DNA of 64,000 nucleotides from Nostoc sp. DedSLP01 (GCA_034530875.2 JAVRCJ020000005.1:96001-160000), one strand, 5' to 3'. Counted from the first letter of the stretch, positions 29,189 to 39,088 are shown. A program made the numbers and translations. The notes: a model not told the origin generated them from the sequence alone.

Positions 29189-30424
29189 ATGTTTGGAAGT
29201 AAAAATTCCTCAAAATTATCTTTGAAGACAGATGATTGGGCATCCTCATCTTTCAATAAATCCCAAGAATTAGTATCTCTTGTTAATAATTCAAATTCTT
29301 TTGATTCTGAGGTTCCGACTTTTAGTAGTAAGAGTTCTTCACTACCACAAGAGTCTGCGGTGGTGTCAGCAAATCCCAATCCGAATCCTTACTTAACCAG
29401 TGCAGCGATTGTCCCCGATTTTAATGGTGATGGCAAAACAGATAAACTTTGGGTTAATACCCAAACTGGTGAAATTATTGTTCGCCTAATGGATGGAACC
29501 AGAGTTATCGAACAGGGTTCTTTGGGTCAATTCGATCTAAACTCTTGGACTTATAATATTGCCGATTTCAACGCTGATGGCAAGACAGACTTCCTTTTGC
29601 GTAATCAAGTAACTGGTGAGAATAGTATTGTATTAATGGATGGTACAAGAGTTGCTAATGCAGCTTCTTTAACCAACGTTGATGCAGCTTGGACTTCTAA
29701 AATTGGCGATTTCGATGGCGATCGCAAAACCGATATTTTTTGGCATAACAATCAAACTGGCGAAAATGCGATTTGGTTAGTCCAAGATACAACAGTTGTA
29801 AATGCAACTGTTCTAGACACAAAAGACCCAGCGCTAACTGCTAGCATTGTTGATTTCGATGCCAACGGCAAGAGTGACATCTTCTGGCGCAATGAGACAA
29901 CCGGCGAGAACAGCGTTTGGTTTATGGATGGTGTTCAAAAGAGTGAGTTTAGCCTGCAATCACAAGAAGCAGGCTGGACTTATCAAGTCGGCGATTTCAA
30001 CGGTGACCTATGCACTGACCTGCTGTGGAGAAAGGCCGAAACAGGTGAAGCCAAGGTTTGGACAGTCAGAGGTATCTTAGTCACAGAAGGTGCTTTGGGA
30101 ACAAAAGACTCTTCTTGGACTTCTCAAATTGGTGATTTCAATGGTGATGGTAAGACCGACATCTTCTGGCACAATGGAACCACAGGTGAGAACACTGCTT
30201 GGTTGATGGATGGTACAAACGTTGCAACTGAAGCCTTCCTACCGAGCAATAGTGCATCTCTAACCCCATCCCTTGGCGATTACAATGGTGATGGCAAGAC
30301 CGACATCTACTGGCGCGATCAAGCAACAGCCGCAGACAACATCTGGACTATCGATGGCACAACCGCTGTTGAGACTCCGATCGGCGACGCAGATAAGCTG
30401 GGCCCAGAGTGGTATACGTTCTAA
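29189..30424 (+). CDS. FG-GAP/VCBS repeat beta-propeller protein
   Basis: Seven repeats of DF(N/D)GDGKTD(I/L)FWxN..TGEN..W.MDG. Confidence 0.9.
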   Translation: MFGSKNSSKLSLKTDDWASSSFNKSQELVSLVNNSNSFDSEVPTFSSKSSSLPQESAVVSANPNPNPYLTSAAIVPDFNGDGKTDKLWVNTQTGEIIVRLMDGTRVIEQGSLGQFDLNSWTYNIADFNADGKTDFLLRNQVTGENSIVLMDGTRVANAASLTNVDAAWTSKIGDFDGDRKTDIFWHNNQTGENAIWLVQDTTVVNATVLDTKDPALTASIVDFDANGKSDIFWRNETTGENSVWFMDGVQKSEFSLQSQEAGWTYQVGDFNGDLCTDLLWRKAETGEAKVWTVRGILVTEGALGTKDSSWTSQIGDFNGDGKTDIFWHNGTTGENTAWLMDGTNVATEAFLPSNSASLTPSLGDYNGDGKTDIYWRDQATAADNIWTIDGTTAVETPIGDADKLGPEWYTF

Positions 30425-30425
30425 A

Positions 30426-30605
30426 GAATTCTGAATTCTGAATTCTGAATTCTGAATTCTGAAGTGAGGACACAGGGGCATTGGGTATGGGGAGATGGGG
30501 GAGTAAGGGAAGAGAGGGGAGTGTGGGGGGAAAGATTTCTTCCCCATCCTCCCACACCCCCCACACCTCCCCATACCCAATGCCCCATGCCCCATGCCCC
30601 ATGCC
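30426..30605. repeat. STRR tract (GAATTCT x5), 20-bp perfect inverted repeat and TGCCCCA repeats between convergent genes
   Basis: GGGGCATTGGGTATGGGGAG (30475-94) / CTCCCCATACCCAATGCCCC (30567-86); probable bidirectional terminator. Confidence 0.8.
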
Positions 30606-30618
30606 TAATACCTGTTCA

Positions 30619-31386
30619 TCAAAACTTGTAACTTAAAACCTGAATTTCTCCATTCTCTGGCAATTTATCGGCAGTAATGGAAATAGTATCTCCACTGTTA
30701 CGTCGCACTGTCATACCTTGCATTAAGGTGAGAAAATCATCGAGTGGCGAAATGTCACATGCAGCAGGATCGGCAGCCTGTGTCCGGTAATGGGTGGGAA
30801 TTACTAGCTTGGGATTTAATACTTCAACAGCCTGCTTTGCTTCTTGAGCATTGTAGGCTTTTGCACTGCCTCCCACCGGAATAAAAGCTACATCGGGACG
30901 ACCCATGAGAATTTTTTGCTCAATGGAAATCGGTGCAGCAGCGCCGCCTAAGTGCAGGATATTAATTCCGCCTTGTTTCCAACTCCAAGCGGTATTAATG
31001 CCAAACTGCTTACCACCTTTGCGATCGTGGTCTATGGCAATTCCTTGAAACTTAATACCTTTGAACTCGTAAACTCCCGGTTCGTAGATCAATTTTGCAT
31101 TTGCAGGTAGTACGTCTACAGCACCTTCATCGAGCAATTGGCTACTAATCAGTACTAAATCTGCCGTAACTTTTGGTACGCGATACCCGGCAGTACACCC
31201 GATCGCTCGAAATGGGTTAACGAGAATTTTAGTACCGCTACCACTTAAAAGGAAGCAAGTATGACCCAACCACTTAACTGATAAACCACTAGACTGTGCG
31301 TCAGCTTGAAGGTGGGAACCTAAGGTAGTAACTGAAGCTGTGACCAAACCTGCCCCAGCGTAGCCCATGAACTGTCGTCGTTTCAT
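30619..31386 (-). CDS. Tat-exported MBL-fold protein with degenerate metal site
   Basis: MKRRQFMG twin-Arg signal; WLGHTCF, PVGG and IPTHY motifs; HxHxDH replaced by SSQLLDE. Confidence 0.85.
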   Translation of the reverse strand: MKRRQFMGYAGAGLVTASVTTLGSHLQADAQSSGLSVKWLGHTCFLLSGSGTKILVNPFRAIGCTAGYRVPKVTADLVLISSQLLDEGAVDVLPANAKLIYEPGVYEFKGIKFQGIAIDHDRKGGKQFGINTAWSWKQGGINILHLGGAAAPISIEQKILMGRPDVAFIPVGGSAKAYNAQEAKQAVEVLNPKLVIPTHYRTQAADPAACDISPLDDFLTLMQGMTVRRNSGDTISITADKLPENGEIQVLSYKF

Positions 31387-31392
31387 TAATAA

Positions 31393-31992
31393 TTAAGCTC
31401 TCGACTGTAACTGTTGGAGAAAGTTCCGCAATAGCTGTTTTCCTGATGTTGTCAACACGCTCTCTGGATGAAACTGGACACCCTCAATCTGAGGATAGTT
31501 CCGGTGTCGTACTCCCATAATTGTGCCATCTTCAACCCAAGCGGTGATTTCTAGCACATCAGGGCAGGTTTCGCGTTCGATGACTAAACTATGATACCTG
31601 GTAGCGGTAAGCGGATTTTCTAATCCTTGGAAAACTCCCACCCCTGTATGAGACACCTGAGAAGTTTTGCCATGCATCAACTCTGGAGCAGAGACTATTT
31701 TACCACCGAACACTTGACCGATACTTTGATGCCCTAAACAGACGCCTAAAATTGGCAACTCTTGTCCTAGTTGCTCAATTAACTCTAGAGAAATACCCGC
31801 ATCTTCTGGGCGGCCAGGGCCGGGAGAAATAACCACAGCTTGGGGCTTTAATGCCCGAATTTCATCTATAGATATTTTGTCGTTACGAAAAACTTTAATA
31901 TCAGCTGCTACTGGGAACTCGGCTGCCAACTCTCCCAGATACTGCACCAGATTATATGTAAAACTATCGTAGTTATCAATGACTATCAACAT
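31393..31992 (-). CDS. trpG: Anthranilate/aminodeoxychorismate synthase component II (glutamine amidotransferase)
   Basis: [28 protein letters not shown] and QFHPES motifs; start set at ATG 31992. Confidence 0.95.
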   Translation of the reverse strand: MLIVIDNYDSFTYNLVQYLGELAAEFPVAADIKVFRNDKISIDEIRALKPQAVVISPGPGRPEDAGISLELIEQLGQELPILGVCLGHQSIGQVFGGKIVSAPELMHGKTSQVSHTGVGVFQGLENPLTATRYHSLVIERETCPDVLEITAWVEDGTIMGVRHRNYPQIEGVQFHPESVLTTSGKQLLRNFLQQLQSRA

Positions 31993-32115
31993 AAATAAGG
32001 AAAAAATTATAGGTTGTAAGTGACAGATAGACAACTGTCATCGACTACAAAGGTAGGATGTAGGAGCAGCTACTTGATTTGAGAAAGCATCTAGCCAATA
32101 AATCGGGAATTTGGC

Positions 32116-32148
32116 GCGATGGGCTACGCCCCGCCGGATTGCGATCGC
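32116..32148 (+). repeat. Tiny repeat attached to a HIP1 site (SDR-type)
   Basis: GCGAT-GGGCTACGCCCCGCCGGATT-GCGATCGC; related copies at 33614-33645 (rc), 43603-43624, 46605-46668 (rc) and 48036-48056 (rc). Confidence 0.75.
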
Positions 32149-32227
32149 ATTGTGTGATTTAGAATTTTCAATCCTCAGGAATCGCTGGGCAATACCTGCG
32201 GTGTTTGCTAGGGTACAGCGATCGCAT

Positions 32228-32683
32228 CTACAAAGTCGATATAATTAACGCCACCAGAGGAGGAAGCAACAATGTAGCAGCTACTAGCACTGCTACTAAA
32301 GCTGAAACCAGCACTGCACCAGCAGCACAATCTTTGGCGACTTTTGCCAGTTCGTGGTATGTCTGCTTAACTGTCAAGTCAACAATAGACTCGATCGCTG
32401 TATTCAGCAACTCTAACGCCAAAACTAAACCGCTAGTGATGCCAATTACTGAGATTTCTACTGGCTTTAGATGCAAATAAACGCTTAAAGCGATGGCTAA
32501 AGCACACACACTCGTGTGAATGCGAAAATTACGTTGAGTTTGAAAGCTATAAGTGATTCCAGCCCAGGCATACTTAAAGCTAACAAATAAATTAGAAGCA
32601 ACCTTCCACGAAAATTCTCGTTCGTTGTTCACGATTGTTGGTAACGAGGTGGCTGTTGGTGGTGGAGAAATTTTTTGGGACAT
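32228..32683 (-). CDS. dgkA: Prokaryotic diacylglycerol/undecaprenol kinase family protein
   Basis: SFKYAWAG, QRNFRIH, ELLNTAIESIVD and AKDCAAGAVL motifs. Confidence 0.92.
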   Translation of the reverse strand: MSQKISPPPTATSLPTIVNNEREFSWKVASNLFVSFKYAWAGITYSFQTQRNFRIHTSVCALAIALSVYLHLKPVEISVIGITSGLVLALELLNTAIESIVDLTVKQTYHELAKVAKDCAAGAVLVSALVAVLVAATLLLPPLVALIISTL

Positions 32684-32834
32684 AGGCTTAAAAATACAAA
32701 AACACAGTTGTTACAGTGCGAATTTTGCCGATATTTCTAGAGTAATTAACTTTGAGGCAATATTTAAGCAATTTTCCATAGAGGTATTATAAAAGTATTA
32801 CCCAAAATTTACACCAAAGTATGACTCATTAGTG

Positions 32835-33368
32835 CTATTGCTTGTCAATAGCAATACCTATCGCCGTCAGCAATTTTACTTGCTGTTCTAACATTCGCTC
32901 TAAACTTTCTTCGTCAGGATGATCCCAGCCCAACAGATGCAATAAACCGTGAGCAGCTAACCAGGCCAGCTCGGTTGGTAAATCGTGTCCCTGCTGTTGG
33001 GCTTGACGTTGTGCGGTATCTACAGACACAATAATATCGCCTAGATATAACGGTACAGAAGCAAGCATTTCTTCGCTTTGAGGAAAATCTACCTCCAAAG
33101 CAGCAAAAGCTAATACGTCTGTGGGCTGATTTTTTTGACGATACTGGGCATTTAGTTCCTGAATTTGCGAGTCATCTGTCAAACGCAGCCCAATCTCATA
33201 ACCTGACGCTGGTGGAATGTGAGGGTGAAGTATTTCCAACCAGCAATTAAACCACTCTTCCCAAGTTTCAGATGTAATTCGAGGATGAGTGTCGCTAAAA
33301 TTTACCGACGTTGTTGGCGACAACTCGTCAAAATAATTTTCCACATACAATTCAACTCCCAGAACCAC
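32835..33368 (-). CDS. ybeY: rRNA maturation endoribonuclease YbeY
   Basis: LNAQYR...PTDVLAF, LGDIIVS and HGLLHLLGWDH motifs. Confidence 0.96.
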   Translation of the reverse strand: MVLGVELYVENYFDELSPTTSVNFSDTHPRITSETWEEWFNCWLEILHPHIPPASGYEIGLRLTDDSQIQELNAQYRQKNQPTDVLAFAALEVDFPQSEEMLASVPLYLGDIIVSVDTAQRQAQQQGHDLPTELAWLAAHGLLHLLGWDHPDEESLERMLEQQVKLLTAIGIAIDKQ

Positions 33369-33400
33369 GCAGTCTCCTAATCTGAAGTCACAGTTTTTCG

Positions 33401-33556
33401 TTAGCGAGTTAGGTAAGCAAGACCAATCAGGACAGCTAAAAGCCCTATAGTGGTTAACGCAAAATGTTTTAAGGAAGTTCCGCCCTTACGTACCATATTT
33501 CGCATGGCGAGTTTTACGTAACTAGGTTGGGGTTCTGATGAAGGAGAGTTACTCAT
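33401..33556 (-). CDS. DUF3285 family small membrane protein (51 aa; not in the ORF track)
   Basis: Manual translation MSNSPSSEPQPSYVKLAMRNMVRKGGTSLKHFALTTIGLLAVLIGLAYLTR; lies between prfB and ybeY. Confidence 0.88.
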   Translation of the reverse strand: MSNSPSSEPQPSYVKLAMRNMVRKGGTSLKHFALTTIGLLAVLIGLAYLTR

Positions 33557-33613
33557 AGTTAGTTCGATCGCGGATTCTTTTATAACTGTAACAGTTGGCT
33601 CTGCGATAGGATT

Positions 33614-33645
33614 GCGATCGCTAAAGGCGGGGCATAGTCCATCGC
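33614..33645 (-). repeat. Tiny repeat attached to a HIP1 site (SDR-type)
   Basis: Reverse complement reads GCGAT-GGACTATGCCCCGCCTTTA-GCGATCGC, the same architecture as 32116-32148. Confidence 0.7.
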
Positions 33646-33726
33646 GCCAATCTTCAAATACTCAAAAAATAATCGGTACTAAATAATAGTAAAAATTATT
33701 ACTTAGTACCGATAATTAACTGCCAA

Positions 33727-34849
33727 TTAAGCAGGAGTATTTTCCACTAGCTTATTTTCTTGTCGCAGATAAGCTTGGATGAAGGCATCAAGTTCGCCAT
33801 TCATCACATCTGTAATCCCTGTTGTTTCCGTATTTGTACGTAAATCTTTCACCATTTGGTAAGGATGAAACACATAGTTCCGAATTTGGTTACCCCAGGA
33901 GGCTTCCACCATATCGCCACGAATTTGGGCAATTTCTTGGGCGCGTTGTTCTTGGGCAATAACTAGTAGTTTTGCTTTGAGTCGAGCGAGAGCTTTTTCT
34001 TTATTTTGCAGCTGCGATCGCTCTTCTGTACAACGCACGGCAATTCCTGTAGGCAGGTGAACAACCCGTACAGCCGTTTCTACTTTGTTGACGTTCTGTC
34101 CGCCTTTACCACCAGAGCGAGTTGTGGTGATTTCCAAATCTTTCTCTGGAATATCCAATTGCACAGAATCATCTATTTGGGGCATTACTTCCACCCCTGC
34201 AAAACTAGTTTGTCGCTTGCCATTGGCATTAAACGGCGAAATTCTCACCAAGCGGTGCGTGCCTGTTTCCGACCGCAAGTAACCGTAAGCATAGCGACCA
34301 GTAATTTCTAGGGTTGCCGATTTAATTCCCGCTTCATCACCCTCTGACTCTTCAGCTAAAGTTACCTTGTAGCCGTGAGCTTCAGCCCAGCGCGTGTACA
34401 TACGCATCAGCATAAATGCCCAGTCTTGGGCATCTGTACCACCAGCACCAGCATTAATTGTCAGTACAGCACCTTCAGCATCATAAGGGCCGGAAAGTAA
34501 CTGTTGTAACTCCCACTGGTCAAGGTCGCGATTCAGTTGAGTGATGGTAGATTCCGCTTCTTGCAATAGTGCTTCGTCGGTTTCTAACTCCAACAGTTCG
34601 ACAACTGCCTTAGTATCTTCCAGACTGCTTTGCCACTGTTCGTATTGCTGGAGGTGGCTTTTTAAGTCGTTGAGTTCTTGCAGCGTTTTTTGGGCTTCGG
34701 GTTGATTATTCCAAAATTCTGGTTGGGCAGATATTTGTTCTAGGTCTTGAATTTTAGCTGTCAGTGCAGGTACGTCAAAGATAGTCCTGGGTCTTACCCA
34801 GGCGGCTAGACAACGTTTCAATTTCGCGTTTGAGTTCTAAAACTTCCAT
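33727..34849 (-). CDS. prfB: Peptide chain release factor 2, expressed by +1 programmed ribosomal frameshift after codon 24
   Basis: ATG 34849 gives [24 protein letters not shown] then CTT-TGA-C; the +1 frame continues DVPALTAK... with GAGGTDA, SPF and GGQ motifs. Confidence 0.97.
34774..34788 (-). promoter_or_regulatory. prfB +1 frameshift cassette
   Basis: AGGA-C-TAT-CTT-TGA-C: internal SD-like AGGA plus the slippery CTT TGA C. Confidence 0.93.
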
Positions 34850-34998
34850 AGTGCTTGCTAAATTTAGAGATTGAGCGCTTTGGATTGGTAAATTGCTCTA
34901 TATTTTACTTATCTTTTTTGATTTTAGCTGTAGTTGGGCAAATTCTCTTGGGAGGGCTGAATATTAAGTGACCAAAATTACTTTAAATTCTTTAGAAG

Positions 34999-36109
34999 TT
35001 ATTTGCTGACCGCAGTGGTTTGATTTTGTTGTATGGAGGCTTTGAGAAACAAATCGATTTCACCGTCCAAAACGTCTGTCACAGCAGTAGTTTCAAGTTT
35101 GGTACACAGATCCTTTACTTTTTTATAAGGATGTAAAACATATTCTCTAATGAGCTTTTTGGATAAAGATTTTATTTGCCAGGGTTGAATTTCGTTAACT
35201 TGCTGGACACCTTGAGCTAGTGCGATCGCCAACAGTTTACTCTTGAGAATAGCTAAACCTTTCTCTTTGCTTTCTAGCTGACGCCGCTCTTGGTTGCAAA
35301 ATACACTAATCCCAGTAGGAATGTGCAACACTCGCACCCATGTTTCTGGACGGTTGACACTACCTTGTGGGCGTGGCACAGTAATTTCCAAATCTTTTTC
35401 TGGAATCTCAAACTCCACAGACTTATCCAGAATTGGGCTAACTTCTACAGTAGCTTGGTAAGTATATCTCCTGCCATTGCCACGAACAGGAGAAATCCGC
35501 ACTATTTTTGTATGAGTTCCTTGTTCCGATTTTAGTCAGCCATAGGCATAACGCCCTGTAATTTCTAGGGCATAACTAATGGTATCTTTATCCCTATCAT
35601 TAATATCTAGAAAACATACCTGATGTAAGTGACTTAACCCCCACAAATAATACATTCGTAATAACATAGATGACCAATTTTGGGTTTCTATGTCACTAAC
35701 TTTAGCAGTAATAGTTACTAATGCTCCCTTTGAATTGTAGGGATTAGACAATAACTGCTTTATTTCTGGTGTTTCGATTTCTTGCTGGAGTTGAGCTAAG
35801 TTAATTTGAGTCTCTTGCAGTAATTGCTCGTCAACTAATGATTCCAAAAGTTCTAGAGCAGCCTTGATATCTTTTAAGATAGAGAGCGATCGCTGATATT
35901 GTTCCTGCCTTCTAGATATAAGATATTTGATTTTCTCAGACGTCTGATGAGCAGTAGCTAGATTTTCCCAAAAAGCCGTTTTAGCGATTAGCTGATTTAG
36001 GTAGTGAATTATTCCAGTAAAATATCGCAGGTCAAAGACAGTCCTCTGTTTTGCCCAAGATATTCGACAACCTTTCTACTTCTATTTTGAAATTTAACAG
36101 TTCGAGCAT
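34999..36109 (-). pseudogene. Full-length RF2 paralogue lacking GGQ/SPF, with retained +1 frameshift site and one in-frame TGA (pseudogene or recoded gene)
   Basis: ATG 36109 gives 25 codons, then GAGGAC-TGT-CTT-TGA-C (CTTTGAC at 36037-36031); the +1 frame is open to TGA at 35536-35538 and continues in frame to 34999; collinear with prfB throughout ([46 protein letters not shown]). Confidence 0.9.
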
Positions 36110-36163
36110 AGTTTTGCTCCCTTAAATCTGAACTTATGTAGACATTTTACTGGTAAACAGATG

Positions 36164-36201
36164 AAAAAAACCGTGGTTGAATTTTTAGCAACCACGGTTT
36201 T
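36164..36201 (-). terminator. Rho-independent terminator of the Bax inhibitor-1 gene
   Basis: AAAACCGTGGTTG / CAACCACGGTTTT stem with a T7 tract on the minus strand. Confidence 0.85.
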
Positions 36202-36242
36202 AGTTTGTAAAACTTTACTTCTGTACTAGTACGTACAGATAA

Positions 36243-36971
36243 TTAATCGCGGCCATTAAGGGCAATTAGCAACCGCAAAATAAAGATGAATAGGTTGATG
36301 TAAGTCAGGTACATCGATAAAGCAGCAGGCAAATATTGATCGTTACTGTAAGTGCGCGGCAAGATATAAAAATCAACAACTGAAGCGCCAACAAACAGAA
36401 ACACGCCCAAACCTGAGATAGCGATTTCTAACCAAGATGGTGTATAAACACCAAATAAGCTAAATGCAAATTGCGTCAGGCAGACAACCACCAAGGCAAT
36501 GATACCGAGATTGATGGTTTTCGTCAAAGCCATGCCATCTTGTTCGGAAAGATTTGAACCAATTTGACGGGCTGCTATGAAGGTGACGCCACAACCAAGG
36601 GCAGCTAAACCAATGCCTTGAATGCCAACGCCTTGAGTTCTCAAGGCGAGGAACACCAAACCACTGAGAGTGTATCCAGATAAAAGGCTGTAGGTTGCTA
36701 GCAGGGGTAATGCCAAACCCTTGTTACCTTTTTCAGCAACATTTTGGGCAACAAAGAACAGAATCAACTCCAAAATCACCGCACCAATGAAGGTAGGAAA
36801 GAATATTCCGGGATTAGTACGGATAATTCCCAAACCTCCGTATGTTCCCAATGCAGTTATTACCAGCCCGCCACCGACGTAGGGGAGGGCGTTAGCAATC
36901 ACATTGGGGCCGACGAGTGCGTGAGATTTCGCCTCACGGATAGCTTCACGAAAATTGCTGGTATTGCTCAT
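36243..36971 (-). CDS. Bax inhibitor-1 / YccA family membrane protein
   Basis: Seven TM helices; C-terminal AALSMYLTYINLFIFILRLL. Confidence 0.92.
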   Translation of the reverse strand: MSNTSNFREAIREAKSHALVGPNVIANALPYVGGGLVITALGTYGGLGIIRTNPGIFFPTFIGAVILELILFFVAQNVAEKGNKGLALPLLATYSLLSGYTLSGLVFLALRTQGVGIQGIGLAALGCGVTFIAARQIGSNLSEQDGMALTKTINLGIIALVVVCLTQFAFSLFGVYTPSWLEIAISGLGVFLFVGASVVDFYILPRTYSNDQYLPAALSMYLTYINLFIFILRLLIALNGRD

Positions 36972-37309
36972 ATTGAAAAACTAGTTTTTGAGGACAATGT
37001 TCTGCTTATTCCTATTCTTACCAAGATTTTGCACGATAAGCCAGGGAGGGGTTACCTAAGGTAACGGACAACTAAATAAAAAAGATTATGGTCTATTGAA
37101 ATTTTTATCCGCAAAACAAAAATAATTAGCAAAATAGCAAGCCACAAAATCATGCGTACAAATACTGAATTATAGACTGCGACCCCTTGTAAGTTCAGTG
37201 AAACGACGATGGCTTATTCAGTCTTGGCTAAGGAAAATAATTACAGTCTAAAAGAATATATACGCAGCTCCATTTTTTAATAAATAGGAGTTACAACAAA
37301 GGAATTTAT

Positions 37310-38095
37310 ATGGCAGCAAGTGAGTCCTCTTTACGAACTGATGGTATAGAATTATTACACTTGTACCACCAGAATCCATCTATTAAACTTCGTAATAAAC
37401 TTGTACAGTTACATACTGGCTTAGTACGGAAGATGGCTCATAAATTCAGCCATCAATGTAATGAACCTTATGAAGATTTAGAACAAATTGGTTATTTTGG
37501 TTTAATTAGAGCAATTGAGCGTTTCGATCCTAGCCAAGGATATGCTTTTAGTTCTTTTGCTGTGCCGTATATTCGCGGTGAGATGTTGCACTTTTTACGC
37601 GATCGCAGTACTCTATTAAAAATTCCTCGTCGTTGGCAAGAACTGTACAATGAAGGACAAAAGGTACGCAAAGAATTATCTGTATCTTTAGGCCGTCCTG
37701 CTAAAGATGCTGAAATTGCCAAAGAACTCCGTGTATCTCTGCAAGAATGGCAAGAAACCAAGTTGGCTGCTCAAAACCGTTTGCCTTTAAGTTTAGATGC
37801 GACGGCAGTTAATTACGTTGATTGTCAAATTACTTTGGGTGAAGCACTTCCTTGCCCTCGTTCTACTGCCCAACAACAACTAGACGAAGAACGCCAACAA
37901 CTCCAAGGGGCAATTAATATGTTAGAAGAAAAGCCCCGCATGGCAGTTGAAATGGTCTTTTTAAAAGAACTTTCTCGCAAGGATGCTGCTAAGAATATTG
38001 GCACTAGCCCGATGACAGTAACGCGGTATTTACAAAAAGGAATTCAGGATTTAATTTGCTATTTACAACCACAAGTTATGCCCACTGGATCTTGA
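37310..38095 (+). CDS. sigJ: Group 3 RNA polymerase sigma factor, SigF/SigJ family (probably SigJ)
   Basis: EPYEDLEQIG..GLIRAIERFDP..G.AFSSFAVPYIRGEMLHFLRD and a region-4 HTH; family certain, SigJ versus SigF orthology from memory. Confidence 0.72.
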   Translation: MAASESSLRTDGIELLHLYHQNPSIKLRNKLVQLHTGLVRKMAHKFSHQCNEPYEDLEQIGYFGLIRAIERFDPSQGYAFSSFAVPYIRGEMLHFLRDRSTLLKIPRRWQELYNEGQKVRKELSVSLGRPAKDAEIAKELRVSLQEWQETKLAAQNRLPLSLDATAVNYVDCQITLGEALPCPRSTAQQQLDEERQQLQGAINMLEEKPRMAVEMVFLKELSRKDAAKNIGTSPMTVTRYLQKGIQDLICYLQPQVMPTGS

Positions 38096-38138
38096 TTTTA
38101 TTTATGAGAGGGATGAAGAATATAAAGGGAATAAGATT

Positions 38139-39050
38139 ATGACTTCCCCGGAAACAAAGACTAATCTTATGCCTTGGCAATGGGCTTTGATTGGTTCTGG
38201 TTCTACGGTGATACTTGCACTTGCAGGTTTAGGACTCTGGAACTTAGTTGCATCAAAATCTCCTAGCAATTCTTCTACCTCGGGTGCTTCAAATACCAAT
38301 TTAGAAAATATTACTATTAAACGCTTAGTCGGTCAGTGGCAGCAAAAAGATTCAACTAGGCTCATTTTTACTCCTGAAGGAAAGCTATTTGTTATACCCT
38401 CTAATTCCAACGAGGCTATTGAATCGCGCTATCAAGTAAATGATGCGACTCAACCAAATCAATTAACTATATTAACTCTTGGTAATCAGATTTCGCGAAC
38501 AGTAATTTTTGATTTTATATCAGATAATCAGTTACGAATTGATAAAAGTGCATCTGCAAACTCTAGAGAATTCAGCTCGAATACACAATTGTTTCAGAAA
38601 GTATCTGATGTGACGTCACTTCCTTTAGGGATTGCACTCGTAGGCGAGGAAGCGCTACTAAAGCAAGCCAACAAAGCGAAAGAATCAGAGGCAAAACAAT
38701 ATGTCGGTGCGATGAATCGCGCACAACAAGCGTTCTTTTTGGAAAATAATCAGTTCGGCTCAGACCTTGATAAGTTGGGATTAGGCATCAAATCCAATAC
38801 GGAAAACTATACTTAGAGTGTCGTTACAATTGATGATAAGCATGTTGTCCAGAATGTAGGATTAGCAAAAACAGAAGGTCTTAAAAGTTATACAGGTATA
38901 GTTTTTATAAAATCTGTTGGGACGGAGACAACTACTTTTGCTAAACTCTGTAAAAGTATTGAGCCAACTCGGAAAATACCACCACAAGTACAGTTATCAA
39001 AAGATGATATACAATGTCCGGCTGGCTATGTTGATTTGAGCCACAACTAA
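38139..39050 (+). pseudogene. Membrane-anchored protein with C-terminal type IV pilin-like G/H domain, interrupted by one TAG (38814-38816)
   Basis: QANKAKESEAKQYVGAMNRAQQAFFLE...TENYT*, continuing in frame as SVVTID...GLKSYTGIVF...LCKS...CPAGY..* (TAA 39048-50). Confidence 0.88.
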
Positions 39051-39088
39051 TATTGCTATTAGTAGAGAAACAATTAACTAATGACTAA

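Noticed and set aside
33727..34821. ORF-track start MKRCLAAW for RF2
   Set aside because: Artefact of the +1 frame; the true start is ATG 34849, joined through the programmed frameshift.
34999..35847. Two independent small genes (103 aa and 167 aa), or an ArfB/PrfH-type rescue factor
   Set aside because: They are in-frame halves of one RF2 paralogue; ArfB and PrfH require GGQ, which is absent.
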